Assembly (NCBI GenBank): GCA_044223005.1
Contig: JBGAML010000007.1
Location: 128,001-192,000, forward strand
Length of the DNA stretch: 64,000 nt
Reading direction: 5' to 3'
Source of the DNA: Candidatus Eiseniibacteriota bacterium
Lineage (GTDB): Bacteria > Eisenbacteria > RBG-16-71-46
The position numbers were made by a program, and so were the translations under genes. The stretch's first letter is position 1. Every line of letters begins with the position of its first letter. Under the pieces are notes generated by a model. The model was given only the letters and a program-made list of their open reading frames with translations. It was not told where the DNA came from and did not search any database. This document shows positions 19,931-29,277 of this stretch, one piece after another.

Positions 19931-22108
19931 ATGGCAGAACACAAGGTAACCGTGGACCTCGGCGGCAAGGAGCTCGTGATCTCCACGGGCAAGTGGGCCA
20001 AGCTCGCCGGCGGTTCGGCCGTCGTGCAGCTCGGCGGCACCGTGGTCCTGGTGGCGTCCAGCGCCGCCAAGAGCGCCAAGCCGGGGCTCGATTTCGTCCC
20101 GCTCACGTGCGACTACCGCGAGCGCACCTACGCCGCCGGCAAGATCCCGGGTGGCTTCTTCAAGCGCGAGGGCCGTCCCACCGAGAAGGAGACGCTGAGC
20201 TCGCGCCAGATCGACCGGCCCATCCGGCCGCTCATCAACAAGCAGTGGACCTTCGAGACGCAGGTCATGGCGACCGTCGTCTCGTCGGACCAGGAGCATG
20301 ATGCCGACGTCCTCGCCCTGATCGGCGGTTCGGCGTCGCTCGTCCTTTCGGACATTCCGTTCCCCGAGCCCGTCGCCGGCGTGCGCGTCGGCCGCGTGGA
20401 CGGCCAGTTCGTGATCATGCCGACGTTCGCGCAGCTCGACGAGTCCGACCTGGACGTCGTCGTGGCCGGCACGGCGAACGACATCATCATGGTCGAGGGC
20501 GGCTGCCACGAAGTGCCCGAGGCCGACATGATCGCGGCGCTCGACTTCGCGATGCAGCACATCCGCAAGATCGTCGCGGCGCAGGCCGAGCTCGTCCGCC
20601 TGGCGGGCAAGACCAAGCGCCCGATCCCCGAGAAGGTGGATCTCTCCGACCTCACGGCCGAGCTGCGCACGGCGTACACCGAGCGCCTCAAGGCCGCGAT
20701 CCGCATCCCGGGCAAGGAGTCCCGCCAGGAAGAGATCGACAACGTCACCGCCGAGGCCGTCGCCGCGCTCACCGAGAAGTACGCCGAGCGCGCCGCCTAC
20801 ATCGGCAAGATCCTCCACGACATCGAGCGCGACTGCCTGCGCGGGATGATCCTGGACGAGGGCGTGCGCGCCGACGGCCGCAACCCCGACCAGATCCGCC
20901 CGATCACGATCGAGGTCGGCATGCTCCCGCGCACGCACGGCTCGTGCCTGTTCACGCGCGGCGAGACGCAGGCGCTCGTCGTCACGACGCTGGGCACCAA
21001 GGCCGACGAGCAGCGCATCGAGGAGCTCGAGGGCCAGTCGTGGAAGTCGTACATGCTGCACTACAACTTCCCGCCGTTCTCCGTGGGTGAGACGCGCCCG
21101 ATCCGTGGGCCGGGTCGCCGCGAGATCGGTCACGGCGCCCTCGCCGAGCGTGCCGTCGAGCCGGTGATCCCGGCCGACACGCACTTCCCGTACACGATCC
21201 GCATCGTGAGCGACATCCTGGAGTCGAACGGCTCCTCGTCGATGGCCTCCGTGTGCGGCGCGTCCATGTCGCTGATGGACGCCGGCGTGCCGATCAAGGC
21301 GCCGGTCGCGGGCGTGGCCATGGGCCTGATCAAGGAAGGCGACAAGGTCGCCGTCCTCACCGACATCCTCGGCGTCGAAGACCACCTCGGCGACATGGAC
21401 TTCAAGGTGACCGGCACCACCGACGGCATCACCGCGTTCCAGATGGACACCAAGATCGGCGGGATCTCGTTCGAGATCATGAAGCGCGCGCTCGAGCAGG
21501 CGCGGGTCGGCCGGTTGTTCATCCTGGGCAAGATGAAGGACTGCCTCGAAGCGCCGCGCACCGAGATGTCGCCGTTCGCGCCGCGCATCAGCATCATCAC
21601 GATCCACCCGGACAAGATCCGCGAGGTCATCGGGCCCGGCGGCAAGGTGATCAAGAAGATCACCGAGGAAACCGGCTGCCAGATCGACATCGAGGACACC
21701 GGCGAGATCCGCATCGCCTCCACGAACATGGAGGGGAGCAAGCGGGCCGAGGAACTCATCCGGAACATCACCGAGGACCCCGAGGTCGGGCGCGTGTACC
21801 AGGGCAAGGTGCGCAGCGTCGTCAACTTCGGTGCGTTCGTCGAGATCGTCCCGGGCCGCGACGGCCTGCTGCACGTCTCGGAGATCGACTGGGGCCGCAC
21901 GGAGCGCGTCGAGGACGTGCTCAACGTCGGCGACATGGTCATGGTCAAGGTGATCGGCGTGGACAAGGACGGCAAGATCAAGCTGTCGCGCCGCGCGCTG
22001 CTTCCCGAGCCCGAGGGCTACGTGGGCAGCGGCGTCGGTGGTGGCGGTGGTGGTGGTCGCCGGGAGCGTGGCGACCGCGACCGCGATCGCGGTCCGCGCC
22101 GGCGCTAG
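19931..22108 (+). CDS. pnp: polyribonucleotide nucleotidyltransferase (PNPase)
   Basis: AAGKIPGGFFKREGRP, FTRGETQ, HYNFPPFSVGE, RREIGHG, ESNGSSSMAS, EDHLGDMDFKV, KH and S1 domains. Confidence 0.98.
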   Translation: MAEHKVTVDLGGKELVISTGKWAKLAGGSAVVQLGGTVVLVASSAAKSAKPGLDFVPLTCDYRERTYAAGKIPGGFFKREGRPTEKETLSSRQIDRPIRPLINKQWTFETQVMATVVSSDQEHDADVLALIGGSASLVLSDIPFPEPVAGVRVGRVDGQFVIMPTFAQLDESDLDVVVAGTANDIIMVEGGCHEVPEADMIAALDFAMQHIRKIVAAQAELVRLAGKTKRPIPEKVDLSDLTAELRTAYTERLKAAIRIPGKESRQEEIDNVTAEAVAALTEKYAERAAYIGKILHDIERDCLRGMILDEGVRADGRNPDQIRPITIEVGMLPRTHGSCLFTRGETQALVVTTLGTKADEQRIEELEGQSWKSYMLHYNFPPFSVGETRPIRGPGRREIGHGALAERAVEPVIPADTHFPYTIRIVSDILESNGSSSMASVCGASMSLMDAGVPIKAPVAGVAMGLIKEGDKVAVLTDILGVEDHLGDMDFKVTGTTDGITAFQMDTKIGGISFEIMKRALEQARVGRLFILGKMKDCLEAPRTEMSPFAPRISIITIHPDKIREVIGPGGKVIKKITEETGCQIDIEDTGEIRIASTNMEGSKRAEELIRNITEDPEVGRVYQGKVRSVVNFGAFVEIVPGRDGLLHVSEIDWGRTERVEDVLNVGDMVMVKVIGVDKDGKIKLSRRALLPEPEGYVGSGVGGGGGGGRRERGDRDRDRGPRRR

Positions 22109-22122
22109 GCACCGGTCTCGCG

Positions 22123-22161
22123 ACGGCGGGCGGCCTTCGGGCCGCCCGCCGTTTGTGTTTT
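22123..22161 (+). terminator. intrinsic terminator after pnp
   Basis: 13-bp stem ACGGCGGGCGGCC, TTCG loop, GGCCGCCCGCCGT, followed by TTGTGTTTT. Confidence 0.8.
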
Positions 22162-22219
22162 CGCCCCCGCGATGGCAGCTTGCGAGAATGAACGGTCTCG
22201 CACGTGGGGGGCGCGAATC

Positions 22220-23500
22220 GTGAGCGCGCGGATCGAGCGGCACGTCCTGCCGTCGGGCCTGACGCTGCTCGTGCATCCCATGCCCGACCGGCGCTCGGTG
22301 TCCGTCGGCGTCTGGGTGCGGACCGGTGCGCGTGACGAATCGCCCGTGCGGCTCGGGATCACCCACTTCCTCGAGCACATGATGTTCAAGGGCACGGCCA
22401 CGCGCGACGCGCGCGCGATCGCCGAGAGCCTGGAATCGCTCGGCGGCCACCTCGACGCGTTCACGACGCGCGAGCAGGTCTGCTTCGCCGCGCGCGCCCT
22501 GAGCGAGCACCTGCCGCAGGCGATCGACGTGCTTTCCGACATCACGTGCCAGTCGCGTTTCGAACCGCGCGAGATCGAGCGCGAGAAATCGGTCGTGAAG
22601 GAGGAGATCCTCTCCTACGAGGACAACCCCGAGGAGAAGGTCGGCGACCTGCTCGCGGCGCTCGCGTGGGGCGACCACGCGCTCGGGCGGCCGATCCTCG
22701 GCACCGCCGACACGGTCGATGCGCTCGACCGCGACGCGCTGGTCGAGCACTTCCGCGGGCGCTTCCGCGCCGACCAGATCATCGTCGCGGCGGCGGGCGG
22801 CCTGACGCTCGAGGACCTGCTGCCGCTCGTCGAGCGCGGTTTCCGCACGCCCGACGGCGAGGCGCCGGTGCCGGATGGCCCGCCGCCGCCGCCGCGGCCC
22901 GCGGTCCAGCACGAGGTGCGCGACCTGCAGCAGCTCTATCTCTCGCTCGCCGGCCGTTCGGTCGCCTACGGCGATCCGCGCCGGTACGCGCTCGTCGTGC
23001 TCGAGACGCTGCTGGGCGGCGGCATGAGCTCGCGGCTCTTCCAGAGCATCCGCGAGGAAGCCGGGCTCGCGTACTCGATCTTCTCGACGCTGGACTTCAT
23101 GCGCGACGGCGGGCTCGTGTCGATCCACATGGGCGTGTCGCCCGATCGCGCGCGACAGGCGCTGGCGCTCCTGCGCGAGGAACTGGTGCGCATCGCCGGC
23201 GAGGGGCCGACGGTGGCCGAACTCGAGTCGACGCGGCAGCAGCTCAAGGGCTCGCTCACGATCGGCCAGGAGAGCACGTCGGGCCGCATGTACCACATGG
23301 CGCGACAGGAGCTCTACACCGGCCGCTACGCGTCGCCCGACGAACAGGTCGCGCGCATTCTCGCCGTGTCGCACGAGCAGGTGAAAGCCGTCGCGGCCGA
23401 GTTCTTCGCTCCGGAGCGCTTCGCGCTCGCGGCGCTCGGCCCCGCGCCGGGCGGCCCGCTCGGGCCGGCCGACTGGCCCGGCGGCGTTGCGGGATCCTGA
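22220..23500 (+). CDS. M16 (pitrilysin/insulinase) family zinc peptidase
   Basis: HFLEHMMFKGT inverzincin motif, GGGMSSRLFQ.IREE.GLAYS; commonly follows pnp. Confidence 0.92.
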   Translation: MSARIERHVLPSGLTLLVHPMPDRRSVSVGVWVRTGARDESPVRLGITHFLEHMMFKGTATRDARAIAESLESLGGHLDAFTTREQVCFAARALSEHLPQAIDVLSDITCQSRFEPREIEREKSVVKEEILSYEDNPEEKVGDLLAALAWGDHALGRPILGTADTVDALDRDALVEHFRGRFRADQIIVAAAGGLTLEDLLPLVERGFRTPDGEAPVPDGPPPPPRPAVQHEVRDLQQLYLSLAGRSVAYGDPRRYALVVLETLLGGGMSSRLFQSIREEAGLAYSIFSTLDFMRDGGLVSIHMGVSPDRARQALALLREELVRIAGEGPTVAELESTRQQLKGSLTIGQESTSGRMYHMARQELYTGRYASPDEQVARILAVSHEQVKAVAAEFFAPERFALAALGPAPGGPLGPADWPGGVAGS

Positions 23501-23665
23501 CGTTCGCGCGATTCCCGGCCATGAGGGCGCCACACCCGTGGCCAGCCCACCGCGATCCCGGCGCGCACGTCCCTTCGTGCCCTCGTGCACTTCGGTCCTG
23601 CAAGGTGCATGGCGGCACGTGCTTGCCGCGCACGCTCCCGGCGCCGGCCGGCGCCGGAGCTTGAC

Positions 23666-23680
23666 CGGCACCGTCCTTGC
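23666..23680 (+). promoter_or_regulatory. candidate sigma54 (-24/-12) promoter
   Basis: CGGCAC-CGTCC-TTGC, with exact -24/-12 spacing, just upstream of the DUF3108 gene. Confidence 0.45.
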
Positions 23681-23693
23681 GTTGAGAGTCGGC

Positions 23694-24536
23694 ATGATGA
23701 CCGCTCCCCGCATGCACCCGCGCTTCGCCCCGCGCCCGGCCGCACTCGTGCTCTCGGTGTTCGTCGCGCTCGCCGCACTCGCGGGATCCGGATCCCCCGG
23801 ACGTGCCGCCGACGACGAACTGCCGTCCGCCACCGCCGTTGGCCCCCGCGAAACGCTGCCCGCGGTCGAGCATCCGTTCCGTGCCGGCGAGTCGCTGCGC
23901 TTCTCGGTGCAGTACGGCTTCGTGCACGCGGGCACCGCGTGGCTCGAGGTGCCGGAGGTCGTGGACTGGAACGGGGTGCCGTGCTGGCGGCTCGTCGCGC
24001 GCGCCGAATCGAACTCGTTCTTCGATCGCATGTACCGCGTGCGGAATCGCATCGAGTCGCTCTGGGACCGTGACGGCCTGTTCAGCTGGCGCTACTTCGA
24101 GGATCGCCACGAAGGCCGGTTCCACGCCAACGACACCATCTCGTTCGACACCACGGCGCACATCGCGCGCTACAAGGACGGGCGCACGTTCGACCTGCCC
24201 GCCGAGTCGCAGGACGCGCTCTCCGCGTTCTACTTCACCCGCTTCAAGGCCCTGCCCATCGGCGGCAGCGTCACGTTCCCGTACCACGCGAGCCACAAGA
24301 GCGCGACGATGGAAGTCCGCGTTCTGGGGCGCGACCGCGTGAAGACGCCGGCGGGCAAGTTCGACTGCGTGATGATCGAGCCGATCCTCAAGGCCGGCGG
24401 CATCTTCGCCAACAAGGGCCGGCTCGTGATCTGGATCACCGACGACGAGCGCCGCATGCCGGTGCTGATGAAGAGCAAGGTGATGATCGGGTCGATCCGC
24501 GTCGTGCTGCAGGAGGCCAAGCCGGGGGAGGGCTGA
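23694..24536 (+). CDS. DUF3108-like exported protein
   Basis: Signal-like N-terminus; PF.AGE.L.F.V.YG...AG.A, D.LSAFY..R, VKTPAGKFDC, IWITDDERRMPV; start uncertain (23694/23697/23712). Confidence 0.75.
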   Translation: MMTAPRMHPRFAPRPAALVLSVFVALAALAGSGSPGRAADDELPSATAVGPRETLPAVEHPFRAGESLRFSVQYGFVHAGTAWLEVPEVVDWNGVPCWRLVARAESNSFFDRMYRVRNRIESLWDRDGLFSWRYFEDRHEGRFHANDTISFDTTAHIARYKDGRTFDLPAESQDALSAFYFTRFKALPIGGSVTFPYHASHKSATMEVRVLGRDRVKTPAGKFDCVMIEPILKAGGIFANKGRLVIWITDDERRMPVLMKSKVMIGSIRVVLQEAKPGEG

Positions 24537-25034
24537 GCCCACGGGCCGCACGGGCCCGCGACCGCCCGCGCCGGACGCGCGGTGCGATGACGCACCCGTG
24601 GGCGAGAGCACCCGATGGCGGGCCCGCGGCCGCGACTTCAACTGCGCCGGCCACCGCCGCCGCCGGGGTTTGCGCCCCTCGCGGTGGGCGAAGCGGCAAG
24701 TCGAGCCCGGCATGGGTCTTGCGGAATTCCAGGGGGGTGACCGGAAACGGTTCCATCGTTGACAGCCCCGTGACGCTCGGCATAGACTTCTATCCCTCAT
24801 CCTGCTGCGACTTAGGGTCGCACCGCCTTCAGGGTTGGAGGAATCGCCGAGACGCGTCTTGCTAATGCTTCGGACGGGGTGCGCAGTCGTTTGGCTCAAC
24901 CGTCGATTTGTTAGCCGGGTTCCCCCCAGGCACCCGAGCGCGTCCGGAAGTCGCCGGATCTTCGGCATCCCTGCCGATGGCCGACGCCCCGCCGCCTCGC
25001 CCCGGCCGGAATCCCCCCGATCATGGGAGAACGC

Positions 25035-25787
25035 GTGATTCGTCGCATCTCGAGAGTCCTCGCCTGCCTCGTGCTCCTCGCTGCGTGCGTGGCCGCACCC
25101 GCGCGGGCCGTCGATCCCAACGCCGCCGACAGCCTCGGCATGGACTGGAGCCGGGTTCCGGAGTACCGCATCGTGCCGGGGGACCGGCTCTCGATCGATC
25201 TCGGCCCCAAGCCCGACGGCATCTCGGAGTACCTGCACGAAGTGCTCGTGCGGCCGGACGGCCGCATCACCGTGTACCCCGTCGGCGACGTCGTGGCCGC
25301 GGGCCGCACGCCCATGGAACTCCAGAAGCTGGTCGTCGACCTGCTCTCGGCCGACATGCGGGCGCCGCACGTCACGATCGAGGTCGTGAGCATGGCGGCG
25401 AACCAGGTTCACGTGCTCGGTCGCGTCGACAAGTCCGGGCCGGTGCCGGCCGGCGCGTTCATGACCGTGTCGCAGGCGATCACCGCCGCCGGCGGCTTCG
25501 CCCCGGACGCGGCGCGCAACAGCGTGCTGCTCATCCATCGCGAAGGCTCGCGCGCGGTGCGCGTCTCGCGGGTGCGCATGGACCGGTTCCTCAAGGGCGA
25601 GTCGCTCGCCGATCCGCCGGTCCAGCGCTTCGACATCGTCTACGTGCCGCGCTCCACCGTCGGCAACATGAACGTCTTCCTGCGTCAGCTCTTCGACGGC
25701 CTCGGCCCCGCGGTGAGCACGTCGTACATCGGCTGGGAGCTCTTCAACCTCGACCGCGTGTTCGAAGCCCGCGTCTCGCGGCAGTGA
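25035..25787 (+). CDS. polysaccharide export protein (Wza/OPX family)
   Basis: GTG after GGAGA; signal with LAAC; YRIVPGDRL, VRPDGRIT.YPVGDV.AAG.T, VLGRV, AGGF, DIVYVPRS. Confidence 0.85.
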   Translation: MIRRISRVLACLVLLAACVAAPARAVDPNAADSLGMDWSRVPEYRIVPGDRLSIDLGPKPDGISEYLHEVLVRPDGRITVYPVGDVVAAGRTPMELQKLVVDLLSADMRAPHVTIEVVSMAANQVHVLGRVDKSGPVPAGAFMTVSQAITAAGGFAPDAARNSVLLIHREGSRAVRVSRVRMDRFLKGESLADPPVQRFDIVYVPRSTVGNMNVFLRQLFDGLGPAVSTSYIGWELFNLDRVFEARVSRQ

Positions 25788-25797
25788 CGGACGGACC

Positions 25798-27180
25798 ATG
25801 ACCCTGACTCCCGGCTCTCCCCAGGCCCCGGCCACCGCGAACCGCGCGACCATGCGCGAGTTCGTCGCCGTGCTCTTCCGGCGGCGCTGGCTCATCCTGG
25901 GCCTGTTCCTCGTCGTGACCGCCACCGTCGTGCTCGTCACGCTCACGACGCCGACCTACTACTCGTCTTCCGGCCGCGTGCTCGTCACGCGCGGCGAGCG
26001 CGAGAGTGCGCTGAGCGGCCGCGTGCAGATCCTCAACGAGTGGGAACAGGATCTCGCCGGCGAGGTCGCCAAGGTCCGCAGCGACACGGTGCTCGCGCAC
26101 GCCCGCGTGTTGCTCGACGCGCGCGCGAAGGTGGGCGGGCGCAAGCCGCCGGGTCTCGCGGCCAATCGCGTGGACGTGCAGGTGTCCGGCAAGAGCAACG
26201 TGCTCGAGATCGGCTACGACGACCTCAACCCCGAGGTCGCGCAGGAAGTCTGCGACGCGCTGCTGACGTCGTACGTGGAGTACCGCCGCGAGAAGGGCTG
26301 GGCGCGCTCGGACAGCATGTTCGCGGCGGCCATGGACACGCTCGATCGCCAGATCCAGGAGCGGCTCGCGGAACGCGAGCACATCAGCGCCACGTCCGGC
26401 GTCTCGGACCCGATGGAGCAGATGCGCGCGTGGAACAGCAGCTCGCTCGGCATCGAGCAGCGCCGGAACGAGGTCGCCGCCGACCTCGCCGACGCGAAGG
26501 CGGTGCTCGAGCAGCTGCGGCAGTTCCAGCAGCACCCGGATCGCGACGTGGCGGGTTCGAGCGCCTTGCCGACGGGCGACGAAGGCTCGCTGTTCCCGAT
26601 CAAGATGAAGATCACCGACCAGCAGGCGGTGGTCGCACGGCTGCGCGAACGCTACCGCGACGACTCGCCCGAAGTGCAGCGCGCCGCGGAGACGCTCGAG
26701 ACGCTGCAGGCGCTGCTGCGCCGCGAGATCGATTCGCGACTCGCCGTGTCGCAGGCGCGCGTGGAGGCACTGCAGGCGCGCCTCGCGGTGCACGATCGCG
26801 ATCTCGCCGCCCTGCGCGCCAAGCTCGCGTCGGTGCCGCAGAACCAGCGTTCGATCGAGGACCTGAACGCGGAGATCAAGACGCTCCGCGGCCGCTACGA
26901 CGAATACGCCAAGGCGCGCGACCTCGCCCGCATCACCAAGAACACGTCGGAAGGCGTGACGGTGACGCTGCTGAACCCGGCCGGCGCGGCCAAGCCGAAG
27001 AACACTCGCGACATCGTGCGCATGCTGCTCGCCCCCGCGTTCAGCCTCGTCGTGGGCACCGGGCTCGCGTTCTTCTTCGACGGTCTCGACCTCACCGTGC
27101 GCACGGCGGGGCAGGCCGAGGAGTATCTCGAGTTGCCCGTGCTCGCCACGCTCCCCGAACGCCGCCGGCAGCGCGGCTGA
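25798..27180 (+). CDS. polysaccharide co-polymerase / chain-length determinant (Wzc N-terminal, GumC-like)
   Basis: Two TM segments flanking a coiled-coil region; LFRRRWLI, SNVLEIGY, EEYLELPVLA. Confidence 0.85.
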   Translation: MTLTPGSPQAPATANRATMREFVAVLFRRRWLILGLFLVVTATVVLVTLTTPTYYSSSGRVLVTRGERESALSGRVQILNEWEQDLAGEVAKVRSDTVLAHARVLLDARAKVGGRKPPGLAANRVDVQVSGKSNVLEIGYDDLNPEVAQEVCDALLTSYVEYRREKGWARSDSMFAAAMDTLDRQIQERLAEREHISATSGVSDPMEQMRAWNSSSLGIEQRRNEVAADLADAKAVLEQLRQFQQHPDRDVAGSSALPTGDEGSLFPIKMKITDQQAVVARLRERYRDDSPEVQRAAETLETLQALLRREIDSRLAVSQARVEALQARLAVHDRDLAALRAKLASVPQNQRSIEDLNAEIKTLRGRYDEYAKARDLARITKNTSEGVTVTLLNPAGAAKPKNTRDIVRMLLAPAFSLVVGTGLAFFFDGLDLTVRTAGQAEEYLELPVLATLPERRRQRG

Positions 27181-27200
27181 ACGCTCGGAGGCTCCCTCGC

Positions 27201-27959
27201 ATGACCCGCATCTTCGACGCGCTCAAGAAGGCCGACGCCTCGCGCCACCCGGCGCCGGCGCTCGCCGCGACGGCCCCGGCGATGTCCGCCCGTGGCCCCG
27301 AGATGCCTCGCTTCTGCGTGCCGCTCGTCGGGGCGATCCCGATGGGCGAGGACGTCGTCCGCGAGATGTCCGCGTTGCGCGTGAACCTCGAATCGGCCCT
27401 GCGTGACCGGATGCCCCGGATCGTGATGTTCCTCGGCCCCCAGGGGGGCGAGGGCAGCACCACGATCGCGGTGCAGTTCGCGCAGAGCCTCGCGCGCGAC
27501 CCCGAACTCCGGCCGCTTCTGGTCGACTGCAACGTCCGCCGCCCGGCGTACGTTCCGGACGAATCGGGCCGCGCCGCGATCCTCGATCGCCGCCTGATCC
27601 CGGGCAGCACCGATCACGGCGCGGTCGTGACGTCGAACCTCTTCGTGGTGCCGCTCTCGCCGCAGGTGCGCACGGGAGGCCTCGTCCAGCCCGCGGTGCT
27701 CCGCCAGCTGCTCGAAGCGAACGCGCCGGGCTTCGACTGGATCCTGATCGACGGACCGCCCGTGCTCGAAGCGCCGGAAGCGGCGGCCCTCGGGGCCATC
27801 GCGGACGGCGTCGTCGTGGTGGTGCAGTCCGGCCGCACGAAGCGGCCGGTGCTCGCGCGCGCGGCCGAACTCCTGAGCAAGGCCGGTTCGCGCGTGGTCG
27901 GCAGCGTCCTCAACCGCAGAGTCCACGAGATCCCGGAGTTCATCTACCGTCGCATCTGA
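27201..27959 (+). CDS. CpsD/CapB-family BY-kinase-like protein with degenerate Walker A
   Basis: MTRIFDALKKA start; GEGSTT (no Lys), LLVDCN.RRP, ILIDGPP, ADGVVVVV, G.VLN. Confidence 0.8.
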   Translation: MTRIFDALKKADASRHPAPALAATAPAMSARGPEMPRFCVPLVGAIPMGEDVVREMSALRVNLESALRDRMPRIVMFLGPQGGEGSTTIAVQFAQSLARDPELRPLLVDCNVRRPAYVPDESGRAAILDRRLIPGSTDHGAVVTSNLFVVPLSPQVRTGGLVQPAVLRQLLEANAPGFDWILIDGPPVLEAPEAAALGAIADGVVVVVQSGRTKRPVLARAAELLSKAGSRVVGSVLNRRVHEIPEFIYRRI

Positions 27960-28029
27960 TCCCGAGGCGGACGCCCCGTGTTCCCGGCCCGGCCGGCGGC
28001 ACGCGCGGGTGTCTCGCCGGAGGCTCCCG

Positions 28030-29277
28030 ATGGAGCCGCGTCCCGGATTGAGCCCGAACATCGTCCCCGCCGTCGAGCCCACGGCCGCCGCCCTCGCCGC
28101 CGCGGGCTCTTCGTCTGCCCGCGCGCTCGACGGTGCGCTGGCGATCGCGGACGCGTGGGTCGGCGGGCGCTGCGAGGCCATGATCCTCGCGGGCAGCCAC
28201 GCGACGGGCGAAGGCGTCTGGTGCGTGGTCGGCGGCCGCGAGGTCACGCTCTCGGACCTGGATCTGTACGCGGTGATGCCGGACGAAGCGGCCTGCCACG
28301 CGGCCGAGGCGGCCGCGCGTCGCGAACGCCCGGCGCTCGGTGAACGGCTCGCGGCGCTCGGGATCGCGGGACCGCTCGAGGTCTGCTTCCGCACGCGGGC
28401 CGGGCTCGCGCGCCTGCCCGCCAAGCCCGGCACGATCGAACTCGCGCGGCACGGCCGCGTCGTGCGGGGCGATGCCCGCGCGCTGGAGTCGCTGCCGCGC
28501 TGGACCGCCGCGGACGTCTCGCGCGAGGAACGCCTGCTGCTGCTCGAGAACCGCGGCTTCGAACTGCTCCTGGCGGCGCCGACCGGCAGCCGCGACGCCC
28601 TCGCCACGCTGCGGGCGCGCCACGCGCTGCTCAAGGCCGCGGCCGATCTCGCCACGGTGCTGGCGCTCGCCGAGGGCACGCTGCCCGACGGCACGGGGGC
28701 GCGCATCGAGTGGGCGACCCGGCACGCGTTGCCGGGCCTCGAGGCGCTGCTGCCGCTCGAGCACCAGCCGGGCGTGAAGGCACTGCGCGCGATCTGGGAC
28801 GCCGCGCGCGCGTGGCGCGCGGGCGCGGTCACCGCGCTGCCGCCGGACGCCGCCGCCGCGGAGTGGCTCGCGGCCGTTCGCGCGTGGTGTGCGGTGTGGT
28901 GGGCCGCGCACGGCGAGGGCCCGCGCGAGCCCTGGGCCCGCGCGCTGCGCGTCGCCGCGCGCGCACCCATGCGCCGGCGTGCGCGCCAGGCGCTCGTCGC
29001 GGCGTCGCGCGGCGGCGCGAACTCGCCGCTGGGCGCGCGGCTGCGTGCGGCGCTCGCGGGAACGCCGCAGCACCGTGTGAACGCGACGGCCGCCGTGCTC
29101 CTGCTCGCCGCGGCGTCGTCGAGCGGTACGCCCGCGCTGCCGGCCGGGGCGCTGCGCGCGCTGCACGTGCTCGGCGTGACCGATGCCGGCGGCTGGGATC
29201 ACGCGCGGCGCGACGCCGTGCGCGCGTGGGACCTGTGGGTGCTCGACGGCCAGCGCACGGCAGGGGAGCAGCCGTGA
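28030..29277 (+). CDS. putative Pol-beta-superfamily nucleotidyltransferase with helical C-terminal domain
   Basis: ILAGSHATGEG...LSDLDLYAV matches hG[GS]..DhD; start uncertain (28009/28030). Confidence 0.55.
   Translation: MEPRPGLSPNIVPAVEPTAAALAAAGSSSARALDGALAIADAWVGGRCEAMILAGSHATGEGVWCVVGGREVTLSDLDLYAVMPDEAACHAAEAAARRERPALGERLAALGIAGPLEVCFRTRAGLARLPAKPGTIELARHGRVVRGDARALESLPRWTAADVSREERLLLLENRGFELLLAAPTGSRDALATLRARHALLKAAADLATVLALAEGTLPDGTGARIEWATRHALPGLEALLPLEHQPGVKALRAIWDAARAWRAGAVTALPPDAAAAEWLAAVRAWCAVWWAAHGEGPREPWARALRVAARAPMRRRARQALVAASRGGANSPLGARLRAALAGTPQHRVNATAAVLLLAAASSSGTPALPAGALRALHVLGVTDAGGWDHARRDAVRAWDLWVLDGQRTAGEQP

Noticed and set aside
19901..24052. 1383-aa minus-strand ORF and many other long overlapping ORFs (e.g. 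14082-16772, 38718-41951)
   Set aside because: Antisense or off-frame shadows of well-supported genes in very GC-rich DNA where stops are rare
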